DNA of 64,000 nucleotides from Schizosaccharomyces osmophilus (lineage: Eukaryota): NCBI RefSeq assembly GCF_027921745.1, contig NC_079238.1, positions 124,001 through 188,000 of the forward strand, read 5' to 3'. Both the position numbers and the translations under genes were made by a program. A model generated the notes under the pieces. The model did not search any database and had not been told where the DNA came from. It worked only from the letters and a program-made list of their open reading frames with translations. This document shows, piece after piece, positions 59,766 through 64,000 of this stretch (positions are counted from its first letter, which is position 1; each line of letters begins with the position of its first letter).

Positions 59766-61315
59766 TCATGAAGGAGTATAGTCTTTTGATTTAGATGGTT
59801 CCATAGAGATTTCATCCATTGGGATTGTTGGGTTATCCACCTTGTGTCGCCGCATCCATAAACTTTTTAGTTTGTCACCATAAATAAGAATCGGCACACT
59901 AAACCCATGAATGATGATGGACGACAAAATGACAAAACTAACAATCGGCCATAATACTTCATGAAGAATGAAAAACTCGTCTGTCGATTTGTAAACCGTT
60001 TCTTCAATTTCGTTTGGTGTAAGCGCGGACTTTGCTACGAATGACATGTATACGGCGCATACACCAATAGGTCCAAAATGCCCAACAAACAAGGCTTCCT
60101 TCCATGTTTGAATGTCTGGAATCAGCCGCTTGCACAATAAGACGACCGGTAGACGCCGAAAGAAAAAAATCAAAATGGTAAACACAATAAGACGCCAAAC
60201 GGAAAGGTCCATCTGGATCCAGTTAAATTTTTCCCAAGGAATGATGCTTCCAAAATAAGTAAAGAATAACAGGTTGAAGATTTGATCGATGAACGGTGGT
60301 ACATAGCATTCCGACATGCCGTCAACAAACGCATTATCCCATGCCAGCATCACTCCTGTAAAAAAAGATAGCAATAAATCATCCACTCCAATGATGGTAC
60401 CAATTCCCGAACACATCAAAGGAATAGCAAAGAATAAGGAATAATAACTATTTGCATCGATAAATCTTAACTTTTGAAACCATTTCAGCATTTTGTCCAA
60501 TAACACCCCCAATACACACCCAAAGAAAATGCCAAAGATGCATTCATAAAGAACAATCAAAAGTACCCAATCTCGACCAGCGTGCTTGGAAGGTTTCACT
60601 GTCAAGAGCTTCAAGGCAAAGTACAAAAAAGGAACGGCCATGCCATCATTGCACCCAGACTCTGCAATCAATAATGCACGAATTTTCGGAGGAATCCTTT
60701 TCCCAATGGCACCTTCTCCTACAATTAAGGCAGACAAAACAGGATCTGTTGAAGTTATACATCCTGCGATTAGCAGAGAACCTAAAAATGTAATTTTGGG
60801 GAACAACGCATAAGCAAATCCAGCTGAAACCAACCATCCAAAAGTCATAATTATACTCAGCATTACAAAAATGCTTTGAAAATGATGTTGGAAATACGCG
60901 ACCGGCAGTTCTACGCCAGAAGCAAACACTCGTACATTAATGACCATTCTACATATCTCAATAGTCACATATTCCATGTTCCCCCATGACTTTGGATTAA
61001 TTAAATTGGCAGCATGTGGTCCAAAAATGAGACCAACAACACTGCCCAGAGCTATCTCTTGTTAGAGTTCATTTCAGACATCTCATCGACGTTGCTGTTA
61101 TAAATTTTTTAGACATAAAACAAAAAAGTAGAAAAACATCAATATATATAGACATTTTTCAAACAGTCTTCAAAAACCATTTTTTACGTACTTGCTTCGC
61201 CAACCAACAATTTTTCGCGAATAACCCTAGATGTATAACAAAAAATAGTAATAAATACTCCCGTGATGATAAGAGCTAAATGAACTTTGTCAATCTCAAG
61301 TTGTTTCCACCCCAT
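59766..61315 (-). CDS. sod2: Plasma-membrane Na+/H+ antiporter (2 exons: 61315-61192, 61051-59766)
   Basis: MGWKQLEIDKVHLAL start, GTACGT..CTAAC..TAG intron, TDPVL, ESGCNDG and GHFGPIG motifs. Confidence 0.9.
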
Positions 61316-61796
61316 GTAGTTTGTGGGTATTTGCAGTGTTTGCGGTGAGGAAAAAAAAAAATACTGCAGGTCACGATTTCTCTTGACGTTTGGATCTTGG
61401 GGATGCTCGGATGCTATTTCGCACACTTACAAAAGATCTTGGAACGGTCTTCTTTTCGTCTTTTAACACGAATATGGACAACTCTCTTTTTGATCTGATA
61501 AAATGGCATTCTGTTCTAAATTTCTATATTTACTAATAAGTTTATTAGTCTAATTGAGCAGGAAACTTTATTGACTATACAGTTAGCTATACACACTTCA
61601 TGTAATAGATCGTTTCAAAGCATGAGTTGTCACACCTTATGCTTTGGAAACACATTTCAATTGAAAACCTCATATGACTTTCCGGTGGAATGAATACAAA
61701 AACATCAAATTGATGAAAAAACAGCATAAAAATAAAACAAATATCTAATTGATAAACATAAAGAAAGAGTTAACCAACAAATGAAACCAAGCTTTT

Positions 61797-62828
61797 CTAG
61801 ATGCGTCTTTGGTTGATCTGAGTTCTGGCCTTTACCAAGAGGGTAATGGTCTTATTGACATTCGCTGGGTATCCAACTTCCTCTGCTAGTTTGACAATCC
61901 AGCCATTAATAGAATCTATCTCGGTATCTCTCTTAAAAAGGGTGTCCTGTCTCATGGAAGAACTATTGTCTCCACAAACCACGAAACCCATATACATCAC
62001 CATTTCTAAGAGTCTAGGAACTACCAGTGTCTTTCTAGCCTTTTCGTTCTCAGACAAGCTTGGTATACATTTAAAGAAAACGTCAACACACTCCGTGATG
62101 ATGTTTTTGAAAAGAAGCTTGACCTCTTCAATGTTGCTTAATTCTCGATTCAAACAATCGAGGATAGCAGTATTCGGATTCATGCATGCATTGACAGCGA
62201 GTTTCTCACATTGAGAAATAAGTAAATCATCGTAAGGCAAGTAGCTTGTATTCAGAATCCTGGATTTCATCAGCGTTTCCACCATCACACAAGCACCATT
62301 AATCGCGGGGGATTTGTTGAGGGAGGGAACTTTGGCAATTTTTAAATTTCCTAAACCGGCATGCACGAAATGGAAATCTTGTTTCTGGAAAGATCCATGG
62401 GTGATAATTCCTTGGTAAAGATTGGGAGCTTTGCTTTCATCGGTCCATATCACCCTTTTTAAATGTTCAATCACACCCAAACCGTTCTGGACAAATAAAA
62501 TGTTGGAGTTTTCATTTAAAAAGGGAAGGTAGTTAGACAAAGCCTTTTCGGTGTGTACGGTTTTGGTGGTGACGATCAAGTTATCAATTGTACTGACGTT
62601 CAATTCAGCAGGATATTTGGCTTTCAGCTTTTTCTGGATTTTTGGGCTACCTTGTTCAAACTTGCGTTCAATCGTCATCAATGATTGCTTTGCCATAAAC
62701 TGCTCGGCTCTCACTTGATTTCTGAGCAATAAAACAACTTCATTTTGCATAGAAGGAATACTTGCTAATTCGCAAGCAAGCAAGCTTCCAATACTTCCAG
62801 CACCTAAAACGTAGATAGGACTATTCAT
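61797..62828 (-). CDS. pan5: 2-dehydropantoate 2-reductase
   Basis: GAGSIG, QNGLG, KLAVNAC and SSMRQD..TEIDSING motifs. Confidence 0.92.
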   Translation of the reverse strand: MNSPIYVLGAGSIGSLLACELASIPSMQNEVVLLLRNQVRAEQFMAKQSLMTIERKFEQGSPKIQKKLKAKYPAELNVSTIDNLIVTTKTVHTEKALSNYLPFLNENSNILFVQNGLGVIEHLKRVIWTDESKAPNLYQGIITHGSFQKQDFHFVHAGLGNLKIAKVPSLNKSPAINGACVMVETLMKSRILNTSYLPYDDLLISQCEKLAVNACMNPNTAILDCLNRELSNIEEVKLLFKNIITECVDVFFKCIPSLSENEKARKTLVVPRLLEMVMYMGFVVCGDNSSSMRQDTLFKRDTEIDSINGWIVKLAEEVGYPANVNKTITLLVKARTQINQRRI

Positions 62829-63531
62829 TATGGAATCAAAGAATACAAAAGCCAAGGACAAAGGGACAACCTACCTGATTTTGTCAAACAAACGTACCGA
62901 TTGATTTTCTTTTCTGAGCTTTGCAAATAGGAAAAGAACGCTGAAAGATAGAATTAGAGAAGAAAGAAAGGAAAAGCGATCGTGAAGGATACGATGATGG
63001 ACCGTATTTTAGATATGTTAAATGAAAATGTTCCCGTCCGCGTACCTTGAGGTTAAAATCAAGCGAGTATTTTTGGTTGAGAAACTAAACGATTCAAATG
63101 AAATTCGGTTTTTAAAGTAATAAAATAGAAAGAAAATTGCAAATGATTATATAGTACTCTATCTTTACATCGCCTCTTGTCTCTATATGTAATGTTTGCT
63201 TTCAGAAGAAAACCGTGAAATTTTCACATGCACTGAACGCTTGAATGTCAAATTGCTGCCAGCTTTACGATTTCTCTGGTAATTTTTTTTTGGTAATTAC
63301 TAGTTTGCCTAATCTATTAATTTTCTTTTTTTCTATTGTTTTGTTTACATATAACACATGATTTTATATAATAACATGTATTATACTAACGTGTTTCTAC
63401 TACTGCTTGGGATGTACAATGCTCACACCTGCTAATTTTCAACCATCCAACAACATACTTGTTCATTTCTTTCATTTCGGTCCTTCGAGACTGCCAGGAT
63501 AAAGTAAAATAAGAAAAGACGGTGAGTACAT

Positions 63532-64000
63532 ATGGACTTAATTCTATTAGCAACTGGCAAGAAATTTGATCGACATTACAAAAAGTTAGGAAAATGTCCG
63601 TCTCTTGAAAGTAAACATTCAACAAAAGAAAACCTATCTAACGGTGCTGATGCTGCTAATAAAACTACTTCTTCTCCAGAAGACAGATCCGTGGTTTCAT
63701 TAGGAGCATCATTGCCACTTGGACAGGATGACTTGGAGCGAGGAGAATCGAATACTTTAAACCCAAAGAAACAGGATCCATACTTAGTGACTTGGGATAG
63801 TCCAGATGATTCTATGAATCCGTCTAATTGGTCCATGGCTGAAAAATGGTGGATTATTATCCAAACATCAATTATTACAATCGTCGTAACATTTGGCTCT
63901 AGTATCTATTCGAGTGGTGTTGAACAGGCTGCTGATGAGCTCCATGCTTCTATACCCGTGTCTACCATTGGCTCTTGCACATTTTTGGTTGGCTTTGGCT
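63532..64000 (+). CDS. MFS DHA1 transporter, 5' part (runs off the window; absent from the ORF track)
   Basis: Open frame from ATG 63532 containing DPYLVTWDSPDDSMNPSNWSMAEKWW..TFGSSIYSSG. Confidence 0.85.
   Translation, partial: MDLILLATGKKFDRHYKKLGKCPSLESKHSTKENLSNGADAANKTTSSPEDRSVVSLGASLPLGQDDLERGESNTLNPKKQDPYLVTWDSPDDSMNPSNWSMAEKWWIIIQTSIITIVVTFGSSIYSSGVEQAADELHASIPVSTIGSCTFLVGFG

Overview
Eukaryotic DNA from a fission yeast (Schizosaccharomyces, probably the octosporus/cryophilus/osmophilus clade; the species cannot be fixed from the sequence alone), with subtelomere-like accessory gene content. It holds stress, transport and nutrient genes (hsp16, Tgp1-like transporter, asparaginase, a D-serine dehydratase/RidA/Klf1/MFS/esterase block, several MFS pumps, gst, mel1, gut2, sod2, pan5) and two pseudogenes (COMT, agmatinase). 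Mobile and repeated DNA includes a decayed full-length self-priming Tf-like Ty3/Gypsy retrotransposon with mismatched LTRs, several solo LTRs and four damaged 5S rDNA copies. The main hidden feature, split up by the ORF track, is an intact 5-exon wtf poison-antidote meiotic-drive gene (38176..39374, minus). It sits in a 5S-LTR-wtf-5S cassette whose two 5S copies share a private 6-nt insertion, next to an unannotated spliced 80-aa gene. All alignments and splice models were made by eye; family assignments come from recalled motifs, not database searches.
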